A DNA stretch of 64,000 nt from Pseudogymnoascus verrucosus (Eukaryota): NCBI GenBank assembly GCA_001662655.1, contig KV460244.1; one strand, 5' to 3'. This document shows, one piece after another, positions 23,801 through 35,408 of the stretch. Below the pieces are notes generated by a model, which made no database searches, was not told the origin of the DNA, and saw only the letters and a program-made list of their open reading frames with translations. Each line of letters starts with the position of its first letter. Positions within the stretch are counted from its first letter, which is position 1. The translations under genes were made by a program, and so were the position numbers.

Positions 23801-24168
23801 AGTAAAAAGTTGGACGGGTGATCTAAGCGTCCTAACGTTAGCAACAACTATATTGGACCCTTGTTCTACTTGCACTTACAGCGTGTTATAACTTTTTATA
23901 TCACTCTGAGTTGCACTTTTTCGGAAAGCTTTCAGATTTACAAAGTCGAAAGAAACGAAATTCTTCATCATATATAACTTCAAGCACAGTCCTAAAGTAT
24001 ATCATTTCGACATCATTATGATGTCAACATAATTTCGCGATGTCAGTAAGTTTTTGGGACTTTGGTCGAGAATCGCGTCGTGATAGTGGCCTTACACGTG
24101 ACCGCCATCCCAATTGCCCTAGCAATACCACGACCAGTCGCGATCACTTAAGACACGGCCAACCCCCC

Positions 24169-25990
24169 CTACGGTAAAACAGGAATATTCGTAGCCAAAT
24201 ACTCCCTATACATCGGCCTCGGCCTATTCTCCACCCCCAGTAAATCCTCCACCGCACTCGCCCACCTAATCAACCTCCCCTCACTCCACGCCGTATGCTG
24301 AAAGCTCAACCCAAACGGCCTCCCCCCCATCTCATCACTATCAACACCAACCGGAATAGTAACTATCGGATACCCCGCCTGCGCAGCAAGCTGCTGCCCC
24401 GGACCCGCCCGATCAGCAAGCAGCAGCGCGTCGAGCTGGATCGCGGGTGTGGAGGGGTCAGGTTGGTAGGTCAGCGCGGCGTCTATGCCGTTCTCGCGGG
24501 TCTGTGAGCGGATGTACCGCAGGGCGGCTTGGTAGGTTTCATCTTTGACGTCTTTTTTGTCGATGAGTTTTTCGAGAAGGTCTTGCCCGCTTGGGAAGCC
24601 GGGGTCGTCGCCGGGAGATGCGCCGTCGTGGTGCGCGATGTTGTAGGCGACTACGTCTTCGAGGCTGCGGATGGTGGTGTTTGTGAGTTCTGCGAGGTAT
24701 GCGCGAAGGCCGTGGTAGAATTCTACGCCGCAGACGAGGTATTCAGACTGGTCATCTGGTCCGGAGTTCCTGAGAAGTAGTTAGTACTCGCCGTCGTATT
24801 GTAGTTGATAGGCAAGACTAACCAATTCCATCCTTTCTCATCAATCATCGCTTCCCTAGTTATTCGTGAGCAAATCCAACACCATAGAACCGCGGCCTAC
24901 TAACCAACAAGGAAAGTCGACTTCAACAATCGTAGCCCCTGCATCTCTGATCATCTGAAATACTTCCTCAAAACGTGGCCGGATAGCCTCATCAACATTC
25001 TCCCAAACCCTCTTCATAGGAAGCCCAAACACAGCTCCCTTCAACGACTCCTTCGACGCAAGACATTTCTCATAATCGACGACATGATCCGCCGCCTCAG
25101 CCGTATACCGATCCCTCTCATCCACCCCAACAATCGCCTGCAACCCCACCACAGCATCCCTAACACACCTCCCAAACGGCCCCACCGAATCCAAACTCTC
25201 ACTACACGGAATCACACCCGCGCGCGACGTCAACCCAACCGTCGGCTTGATCCCCACAAGCCCCGCATAGTTCGCCGGCGAGATAATCGACGTGTCCGTC
25301 TCCGTTCCATACGCTAGCACCACAATCCCCGCCGCGACAGCGACAGCTGATCCGCTCGAACTGCCCCATGCGCTCATGGAGAGGTTGTAGGGGTTACGGA
25401 CCTGGCCGCCGCGCGCGGAGTAGCCCATGGACTCCTCGCTGCCGCGGATGGAGGCCCACTCGGACATGCCGGCGTGGCCGAGGATGATGGCACCGGAAGC
25501 GCGGAGGAGGTGCACAATGTGTGCGTCGCGGGGGACGATGGAGCCGATGAGGGCGCGGCAGCCGGCGGTGGTTTGCATTTTGTCTGCGGTCGCCATGTTC
25601 TAGGTGCTGTTAGTGGGGAAGAGGGAAAGGGAGGGCGGGGGAGGCGGACATCTTTGACAAGGACGGGAATTCCATGGAGGGGACCACGGAGGCTGCCCTG
25701 CTTGCTCTCAGCGTCAAGAGCGGTGGCTATAGCGGCGGCATCTGGGTTCACCTCGATGACGGAGCCGAGGTAGGAGTTTGTCTGCGAGGATAGTTAGATA
25801 AGTTACTGAGAGTGGGATTTTGTTTCTGAAAAGCTTTGACCTGTTTAATCCGGCTTAGAGTCCATTCTGTCAGTTCCAAGGAAGAGAAACTGCCAGAGCT
25901 GAGATGGCGTTGGATATCCGCGACGGTGATCTCCTCCATGTCAACGCCATTGAGGGGCTTCAACGCGAATATAGTTTTGGCGTCTTCCAT
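24169..25990 (-). CDS. Amidase signature family protein (multi-exon)
   Basis: GPLHGIPVLVKD, GSSSGSAVAVAAG, GTETDTSI, GLVGIKPTVGLTSR and AAQAGYP motifs; C-terminus ...NIPVLP with TAG at 24169-24171. Confidence 0.88.
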
Positions 25991-27132
25991 GGTGCAGGAT
26001 TCAGAGATGGATCAGGTATTAGTTGGACGAGGCGAGCAGTGAGTTCATAATAAGTAATAAGTAATAAAAGTTACTTTCTATATGGAAGTTGAATATAGGT
26101 AGTGATCTATGAACGTGACAAGAGGAAGGGAATATCTCTCTCGGCGCCTGGCTGTATTACACCCACAGTACTGCATGGCCTATAATGTCTTGCACAGCAT
26201 GAAAATAGTCGCTGTTGCCTAGTATAATAATGCAGTAGGTTTCACGGAGGAAGGAGAGACACAAGAGTGAGTTCCGGTGTCGGGCATCGCATTTCTCTAT
26301 CAGGTGATGGGGGGAAGGAGGGGGGAAAGTAGGGGAAAGTAGGGAAAGTAGGGAAAGTTCGAGTACGAGCACTGTAAGTCAGTCGGGTAAACAAACGGAC
26401 CGCACAATCCCACCCATATCACGTGACCATGGGGAAACACCGGTCCATGGCCAGGGCAACAACAACGACAACTCATCGTCTTCCAACTGCCCAGCGGCGA
26501 CAGAAGTCAACATCTGTCAACTCATAATGTTCATACCGACATACATGAGATCAAGGGCTTCAAGAGCATCAATCTCTGACGGTGATAAGCCTATGGCGCC
26601 AATTACTATGGCTCTGGCTGTCTTCCCCATGTGTGCGCTGAGGTGAGTCCCCGCAAGCCAAGCAGTCAGCCGCGAGGAGATGATGCTCTCCCTTCTCCCA
26701 TTTTCCTGTTTCTGATCTACTAGAGAGAAGAAGAATAGAGAGCGAAATATATAATGTCTCCTCCTATCTCTTATATCTTTGATAGTATCTCATCCTCTTC
26801 CCCTTTTCTTTCCCCACGTCATTCTTTTCTCCTACATCATCCCCTCATCCAAAACTGCGCGAAATGTTTTACTCGCCTACCGTATCACCTTCCTCTCTCC
26901 TTCCGCAAGCAACAAGCAAAGAAACGCGCTTGAGCAACTTCCCTTTCCCTTCCCCCAATCACCAAAACAACAAAGTTCCCATCAACAATCCACCGACCCA
27001 ACATCAACCAACCTTCACCAACAATCAACTTTCGTCGTCATCAACAAACCATCGACAACAACAACGTCGCCATCAACAACGGATCAATACCGCTTTATTT
27101 GCACTTCGTTTTTTCAACCACAATAAACTACA

Positions 27133-27991
27133 ATGGCTGGCGGCAAGGGAAAATCTGGTGGCAAGTCCTCGGGAGGCAAGACCGGTGTCGATGGATCCAA
27201 GAAGCAGCAGAGCCACTCTAGCAAGGCTGGTCTTCAGGTTAGTACATGATTTTATGGGTGGTCGCGTTGTTTTATTTCGTTTTCCTGCTCTGGATCGGCC
27301 GAGAGAGCTGTTGTCGCATACCCCGCCAGTCGCGTCATGACTACCTCGACACTCGATCTCGAGCTCACGACAACACAACCATCGTTAGAGTCGCCAAAGC
27401 CGAAGACACATGCACACAGCTATATCAAAGGCAACCGTGGCGCGTCAGAATCGAACTGTGATGTTGGACATACATGCGGATACGTTACATTGCACAACTA
27501 GGCAGCACCGCGCAGCTCACACGCCGTACCCATGAATCAGAACAACATCGCATCTGCGCCACTTCATCGATTTTGTTTTGCGCACCTGGCGGATCCCCAT
27601 GCTGACACCTTTCCAGTTCCCCTGCGGTCGTGTCAAGCGTTTCCTCAAGAACAACACCCAGAACAAGATGCGCGTCGGCGCCAAGGCCGCCGTCTACGTG
27701 ACCGCCGTTCTCGAGTACCTCACAGCCGAAGTCCTCGAGCTGGCAGGAGTAAGTCACACATTCACCCATTTTACCCTATCCAATGACTAACACCTCTCAC
27801 AGAACGCCGCCAAGGATCTCAAGGTCAAGCGCATCACACCCCGCCACCTGCAACTCGCCATCCGTGGTGATGAGGAGCTCGACACCCTGATCCGCGCGAC
27901 CATCGCCTTCGGAGGTGTACTGCCACACATCAACCGCGCGCTGCTGCTCAAGGTCGAGCAGAAGAAGAAGAACAAGGCCATCGAGGCCTAG
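27133..27991 (+). CDS. HTZ1: Histone H2A.Z
   Basis: [11 protein letters not shown]...[20 protein letters not shown]...[61 protein letters not shown]. Introns 27238-27616 and about 27749-27802. Confidence 0.97.
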
Positions 27992-28860
27992 ACGCGCCCC
28001 AACTGCGCGTCTCGTTTTTTTCTCTTCTCACTCACGCCCTGAGGGTTATTACGGTTTTTGATGGTGTACGGGGATATTATCGCGCTTTTTCTTGTGTTTT
28101 TGAGTCTTTTATGGTCGCTTTTTTTTGTGACTTCTTCGTGTGCGCGAGGATGGGATAAGGGGGGTATTGGACCGAGAGGATATTGGAGAGTTGGCTGTTG
28201 CGCCGTAGAGGGGATGATGCGGGGGGGTTGCTCATTGCTCGATGCTATGGCTTGCGTGGCTGGATGGATGGAAATCGTGGGTTAGGGATGGATGGATGGA
28301 TGGGGCTATGGCTCTTGTAACGGTAGTCAGTACGAATGAATAGCAAAATTTCTATGATGCGGGTATGCACTACGAACCTGTGTGAGGCTATAATCTGCGG
28401 AATATAGTTCTATTGCCTCGAGAAGAGCCTTACTACCTCTACTACTACGGAACACATCTGCGCCATTATATATTATCATGCACCACGCATCTATCACCTC
28501 ACTACGAGTGCTCTCCTTCGTCCGCAATGTAGATATCGGAAAAGTCAGCAGGGTCTAAGACCGCCTCCCCCTTGCCAAAGGAATACACCGCCCACCGTTG
28601 AAGGGGGGGGGTTGCGAATTATCACCTACGTTTTTGGTACCAGCCTAATTCTAGCTCCTCTTGATTGAGTGCTGTTTTCCACTTAATATCACCCTTTTTA
28701 TCTGAGTCAACCGCTGCTTCACTGGCTTTCGGCATTGTGTCTAGAGTGTGAGGAGGAGCGGTTACGTGGATGTGCCACCCGCTTACAACCAAGAGAACAC
28801 AAACTGCATAGTATATAGCCTACGGCCCCTAGCAAAGTTAATATGTATCTCATCTACCGC

Positions 28861-29163
28861 ATGAAGGTAGAACGATTACCCCCTATATATGGCAAGAACG
28901 ATTACCAAGCAAGCCTCCATAGCAACTTCCTTGGATTGCCCAAGTTATAGATATGGAAGGAACGATTGCCAAGCAAGCCTCCATCGCAGCTTCCTTGGGA
29001 TTTTCAGGTTATAGATCTGGAAAGAACGATTGCCAAGCAATCCTCAGTCGCAGCTTCCTCGGGGCTTTCAGGCCTTATTATATATGGAAAGAACGACTAC
29101 CAAGCAAGCCTCAGTCGCAGCTTCCTCGGAATGTCCACGTTATGGAAGGAACGACTACCAAGC
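28861..29163. repeat. Minisatellite, unit about 64 bp, 4 full and 2 partial copies
   Basis: Units start at 28887, 28951, 29015, 29082 and 29140; core ATATGGAARGAACGAYTRCCAAGCAAGCCTC..TCGCAGCTTCCTYGG. Confidence 0.92.
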
Positions 29164-29508
29164 GAAGAAATAGACAAATCACATTTGTTGAAGAGATCCA
29201 GCGATCCATTGATATATCAGTTGGTTGACGGCTTTGGTCAAGCTTTGGTGAATCATATGCTAAATGCCCAACTGCGAATTTGAGAGGCCCAAAGTTGCAT
29301 CTTGGCGATTGAACGCTAGCCTTGTCGGGCAAGGCGCGTCTATGTGACTCGCCCCGCATAACAAGCTTTCACGAAGGAACGAACTCACCTCCTCCTTTGC
29401 TGGTGGTCACTTATCCTCTTCTTTTGTCCTCTGTATTCTCGATTATTTTGTTGTCGAAAACTATGAATTGCAACCAACTAAGTTTATCGCATTGCGAGTG
29501 AGTTAGAC

Positions 29509-31461
29509 ATGGTAGGACAAGAATTAAATGCTGTTGTAGAGGAAAAGGTGAAGAGAGCGAGAAAGGGAGTGAGTAAAAGCAAGACCGGGTGCTTTACTTG
29601 TAGGTAAGTTTGAACAGGGGTTCTTGTTTCTTTCAATTAGTGGGTGCGTGCGATGCTTAGTTAAATGGAGGCTGTTTGAAAAGGGGCAATTCGCGAGGCT
29701 TCATCTAAATATATATGGAGGGGGATACTAATCTTAGGTAGCCCCTTTATGTCTTCTGCATGAGCTCTAGATTTGGGATTTGTATTACAGCGTTTCAATC
29801 AAGATTTTTTTTTGTCATCTTCCATTCTCATGACCTCGGATATGCTCATATCTCCCTTTCTTCACTTCTTGCTTGGTGTACCTTGATCTGATACTAACAA
29901 TTATAGGGTACGACATATAAAATGCGATGAAACCAGACCTAGTTGCATCCGTTGTACGGAAACTGGCAGACAATGTGACTATCTAAACCCGGCTTTGGCT
30001 GTTCCCCCGCCACCTAAGCCAGCCAAGAAGCTTTTGAGTCTTTCCAATCAACAAACATCACCAAGCACTTCATCAAATTCAGATTCAGCTAAGACGGTTG
30101 TAATGCCGCCACGGCTCCGGTTATATCCTCGAATTCTTCCTCAACTCCATCCGGAGGAAATTCAAAACTTTGACTATTTCCAAAACGTTTGTGCAAAAGA
30201 CTTTGCGGGGTATTTTCAAGGCTCCCTTTGGGAAAAGTTGGTTCTTAGGACTGCTTATGAAGAACCTTGTATAAGGCATGCGGTTGTTGCTTTGGGATCT
30301 CTACATCGAGCGCAGATGTACCCAGCTGACATTCGGAACAACATCTCTGCGCCTGACTCCTCCATGAGGTATTACCGCAAAGCCATTTTGACGCTTAATC
30401 AAAGACTCGAAAGTTGCAGTATGAGCTGGGAATTGGCAATTCTTTCAAGCCTGATTTTCCTAGCCCATGAGCTTTTACTCGGCCATGATGTCGTGGCCTT
30501 TATGCATCTCAAAAGCGGATTCAGGATGCTTAAAGCAATCCGAGATCGCTTCACTCAATATTCAGCTGATGGAAAGATTGTAGCGACCAATCCATCTGCT
30601 TGCGCCCTTTCCGGAAATCTACATGATCTTGTCAACGCCTTCGCAAGACTTGACGTTCAAGCAGCTACGTTCGAGAGAGCATACAAACCCAATAATTTCA
30701 GGACAGCAACCTTGCCAGACCGATTTACGAGCGTACTCCAGGCCAGAGATGCGCTGAATTCAATACTTGCAGCGATGTATTCCCTTCTTCAACAGAACCG
30801 CGAATTAATCAAAAAGACACTCCCATATATACCCTTGCCGGCTAAGACTGCGATCGAAGTGGAGCAAATTAAAATGCCCTTGAACCGCTGGTCTGACCTG
30901 TTTTCTCTCTTTAGCAAGCAGAATCAAGTCTCACCAAAACAACAAATGTCCATTGACATCCTTGTCATACAGCATATGGCAGCCTGGATCCATATTTCGA
31001 CGTTTTTCAATCACGACCAACTGTCATACGATTTTTATTACTCTAGCTTTGAGCAGATCGTAGATCTTGCACAGAAAGTTAGTAGCATAGATGATGATAA
31101 CAAAATTTCTAGGTCACGTTTCAGTCTTGACGTCGGTTTGATCCAGCCACTTTTATACGTCGCAACACACTGTCGTGATCCCTCTTTGCGGCGCCAAGCA
31201 ATTAAAATCATGGACGGACTAGGCAGAGAGGGCTTATATGAAGGGCCGTCTAGCGCAGCGGTTGCAAAGTGGGTGGTCAAGATGGAAGAGGACGGTATGG
31301 AGCATGGGTTTGTAAGGGAGGGGAAGAGATTCCATGGTGAGCTTGCGACCGTTTTTGACAACATCAAGAGGACATTTCAAGTCACGGGAACTAGAAGAAA
31401 CTGTGATGGCGTTTGGGAACACGTTAATGGACATGCTACGTGGGAGGTTCATAGTATATGA
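29509..31461 (+). CDS. Zn(II)2Cys6 transcription factor (Moc3/Upc2-like, Fungal_trans_2-type C-terminus)
   Basis: Exon 1 ...KSKTGCFTCR, intron 29604-29906, then VRHIKCDETRPSCIRCTETGRQCDY continuing into the 488-aa ORF (EPCIRHAVVALGSLH, HCRDPSLRRQAI). Confidence 0.9.
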
Positions 31462-31572
31462 CTTTGTGATAAATTTAGGCAGCAGCTGGATGGGATTTTA
31501 AACGCCCATTTATGTTCTATAAAAAACATGCCGTCGCCCCTTGCATCTGTGACAAAGCATCAGCATGAGATA

Positions 31573-32351
31573 TCAGACATCCCAGACCTCAGACAACTGA
31601 TGTCTCGCATTGCCACCTTGAATATCCGTGGAAGGAGACTTAGCATCTAATACCACACACAGGATGCGCACCCACTCGTCGGTTCGGTTTGCCCAGCTAA
31701 ATTTTTTATTAGCGGATGCATCGGTTTGTAAAACCCGAGACACTTACCCATGCAGTGTCGCACGCTGAATGAGAATATCGCCTGCTTTACATAGAGTCTC
31801 CACAAACCTTCCCTTTCCTGTCTCTGGGTTAAAAGCCTCGTCTGGTGTCAAATACACCACCTCACCCGTCTGAAAGACCATATAGTCTACTGAAGTCGTC
31901 CGGTGCTAACACATATTAGCGAGCTGAGCAGTGGCTTGCATTGAAGATCGGGAAGAATCGTCATATACATACTATTGAGGTAGAATATCCAGGCGCAATA
32001 TCTAGATAATAGATGTTTGCCCCACCAGGCAATACAATCCCGGCCCCAGGCACCTCTTCCAGTTCAAGTTTCCCGCTGCGAAAAAGTTTAGCTTAAATCG
32101 ACGGGAGAAACTGGCTAGGTGTGCTGATAGTGTGAGACTTACTGTCCAACGGTTGAGGCGGGAATGGATTTGTGATTGAAGATGCTGATTTTGGCATAAT
32201 TTCCATCTAGAATTGGAGCGCTTGATAAATCATCTGCTGTTACTTCAACAGCTGGCTCGGATTTAGTGACAGTCGAGAGCGTGGTGGGAAGTGGTAAATT
32301 CGAAGCTAGAATTCTACGGACGACAGGAAGACGATTTTCGGGTATCGACAT
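31573..32351 (-). CDS. Cupin-2 barrel domain protein, 4 exons
   Basis: Spliced reading MSIPENRLPVVRRILAS...GANIYYLDIAPGYSTSI|HRTTSVDYMVFQTGEV...KAGDILIQRATLHG|WANRTDEWVRILCVVLDA with three canonical introns; TGA at 31573-31575. Confidence 0.85.
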
Positions 32352-32625
32352 GTTGGATAAGATATTAAACGTTTTGTGAGGCTTAAGTTTTATTGGTGTA
32401 ACAATGGATAAACTGGAACGACTGAAAGGACACTTAAATGAGTTGGCACCCATAACTTTATATGCTATCCAGTACCGTCGCCATACTATCGCTTCGTCCC
32501 CCTCTTCAGGCTGGTTGATTATCAAGCCTCGACGCAGCAGACTCTCCACGTAGATATGCAATTGAATTCCCATAAGCGGTACCATCGGATTTCTAAGCAA
32601 TTATAAGCAATAGTCCTTGCTGAAA

Positions 32626-32838
32626 TACACGAAGGAGCCAATTGCGATTGCTCTCCTAATTACCCTAGTGTTTGTTTGTGGGACACTTGCGAGACTATGG
32701 CGTCTGATAATTGAAGGCGTAGGAGACATCCCTGTCAAGTGAGACGCCCTGTAATAATGGGCTCCACCATGTTTGTAGGCTGTAGCTTACAAATGCTAGG
32801 CCAGTCAGGGGAGCAACTGTAATTGGCTCCTTCGTGTA
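32626..32838. mobile_element. MITE-like element with TA ends (Tc1/mariner-type)
   Basis: Perfect inverted repeat TACACGAAGGAGCCAATT (32626-32643 and 32821-32838) extending to about 50 bp imperfectly. No ORF inside; an extra degenerate end copy lies at about 32872-32920. Confidence 0.7.
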
Positions 32839-33799
32839 AGATCAATGTACTTCGGTTATTAGATTAATGCTTAAATAATACGCTAGTCAAAGGGGCAATC
32901 ATTATTGGCTCCATCGTGTTCTTGACATTCTGAGGAAGCTAACTCTCACACGGAAGCAAGTTTGTCAAGTCTCGCATAGCTCCTCGTAAATCAATTACAT
33001 ATTGCTCCAAGCAGGAAATATCAAGATCACAGCTAAGTGTCTGTAACAAGTTCAACACTGTTGTCATTACCTTTGTCGCCCTCGCCCTCGCCGCCGCCAC
33101 AACCCCACTTGCCCGTCGCCGCTGCATTAGCAGCCTGTCGAACCAAAGCTGCCTGCTGAATAAGAACTAGCCGCCGAACCGTTTGCTGTGTGAGAACCCA
33201 CCTGCCGAGGCAGAATTTCCTGATGAGCTCGAACCTACGAGAAACCTGACGCAAAAGCCTGGCGCAACTTTCGGAGTCGACCAACCATTCTGTTTTTTTA
33301 AGCGCTCTTGGGCCGGTTCGTCGCAGATCTGCCCAGTACCTGCACAGGTTAAGCAAGTACGAGTAAAAATTTATATACCCTGTATTATCCCAGTAGAGAT
33401 CTATGTACCCTGCTATTTATTAAAGAGGTTATTCTACCGTCCTCCACCTTCCCATGTGACTGTACCTCGCTGCCGTTACCATCGCCGGGCCCCTCACCAT
33501 AGCCCCATTGCTACTCATGAGAAGAAGTAATAGTCCAAGAGCCGGAATATGGAAGCTGGAGGGTGACATGGTATCTTGACATGGAAGCTACTGGGCTTCC
33601 CCTCTGTGGACCAGGTGTTGGAGGCGCAGCACCCAGAAACGCTGAGTAGCAAGGTCGATCTAGCGTTGACGCAGAAGGAAGTCGAAACATTAAAACCTAT
33701 TTTGCCCAGGTTTTGAGATGGCGGGCTGACAAGAATGTTGCTCTCACAATCTTACTATGGCGGCTAGGGAAGGTAAAACCTCCGATTACTATCCTTACC

Positions 33800-34068
33800 A
33801 TTTTAGGACGATATCTCAGCGTGCTTGCCCAGCTGCCTGCCCCCGGCTCAACAGTACGCAATTCCATCCGGCTACATCGAGTTAATGCGTGAACAATCAG
33901 ACCCTAGTCTATCAGGTCGGTCGATAAATATATGACGCACCCGGGGAAGAATTCGAAGGTTGATGTACTGGGGAAATATGTTGTTGAGCCCTTGGTATGT
34001 ACCACGGCGACAGTTGGGACCGGATTGAATCCGGGGATTATGAGGCTTTGGAACGTCGTGGATGCCAT
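33800..34068 (-). pseudogene. GH43 beta-xylosidase/arabinofuranosidase 5' remnant
   Basis: MASTTFQSLIIPGFNPVPT...STSTFEFFPGCVIYLSTDLID*GLIVHAL...GAGSWASTLRYR. The PDP catalytic-base motif reads PVP, the conserved Trp codon is TAG (33904-33906) and similarity ends after about 90 codons. Confidence 0.85.
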
Positions 34069-35408
34069 TACTGCCGGATACTCGATTGCGATATAAGTTA
34101 GAACAGAGGCAAGGTTCGTAACAGGAAGGATACTGTGAAGAGTTCATCTATTTATAATCACAATTTTATTTTGTGCCACAGACCCCAAGAATATATTAAT
34201 GAATGCAATAGCCATTGTTAGTGACCAATCTATGAAGACCAGCAGCTTCATCTGTGCATACCAGATGCTCGCTCTCTCCCCATGAAATTTTTCCGGTGGC
34301 ACAATGCACTGACTGTAAGTGATAATTATGTCCTTGGCTATTATTTACAAACCAGTTAGCACTTCAAGTTCCAAAATGCGGCGTTTCTTGAACTTAGGCT
34401 AATGGGGTTCGGAGGATTGTCGCCGGGATTATATGCCCGCCATCATTAGTCCGATGTATGGCTTAAACCCGTCTGCAACCGACCAAGAGACTGTCATGTT
34501 TAATTATCTAGGAATTATTTGGTATATAACTATCATGTTGGGTATCTCCTTGAATGAACTTGATAGATGATAAGATATAACAGCGTATTTCAACCAGATA
34601 AGCCGGTTAGAATTTAATTACTAGGAGAAAACTACAAAGCAATGAGCCTCAGATTGGAAAACCATTATAGAAATAAACGATGGGTGGATAGGGCATGCGA
34701 CGTTACCTCGAATGAAGATTCCATTGTTAGATTTAATCCCTTGATAGCTAGAAGGCAGAGTCAGATCTCAGCATTCCAGCAGCATATGACACACTTGCTA
34801 GCGATAAAGCATAGATTCCAAGGCTAGATATGCATGGGGAGCATTTTCCACCAACACCGCAATGCCCTACAAGGACGCTAATTGCACGAAAGCGACAGGG
34901 AGATGCGGGACCGATGACAGCCCCTCATTTCCCCGCAATGCTAATAGTATCGGACAGCGGGTCGGTCAACCACGCGCCGAGCCAATGGGCCCAATCCTCA
35001 AATCAAGGTTGACGATTAGAGCTATCAACCCCACACTATATGCACTTCTCAGTATCTAGCTACCGGTTAATTATAATAGCGTGTGGGGTTGATGTACGGC
35101 CTTTAGCCGGAAATAAATGACATCGTCTAGTTCTAAGCTATGCTTTTGAGATGGGATGAGTTGGTACGGAGTGGCGTTATAACTCCAGTATTCAAGAGCT
35201 GATCTCGGTCTGAATTAACACGATCAGACGCTTGAAGCCGAATCAGTGAGTTTAGGCCAGCTTTAAAGTAGAGCTGGAGTTAATCGTTGCCATTGAGCTC
35301 GCTTTCTACGAAGCGTATCCATAGATATAAATAGTAATCATATCCCCCCAATCTTCAAACTCGGGATATTATCATCCTTTCAAAGTTTACCCTGCCATTC
35401 AATTCATC

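Noticed and set aside
27238..27616. Long H2A.Z first intron as a snoRNA host
   Set aside because: Only a weak C-box-like GTGATGT; no D box apart from the branch point and no clear H/ACA structure.
28861..29163. CRISPR-like appearance of the repeat/linker array
   Set aside because: The linkers are short and related to each other, the repeats are degenerate, there are no cas genes and the host is a fungus; it is a minisatellite.
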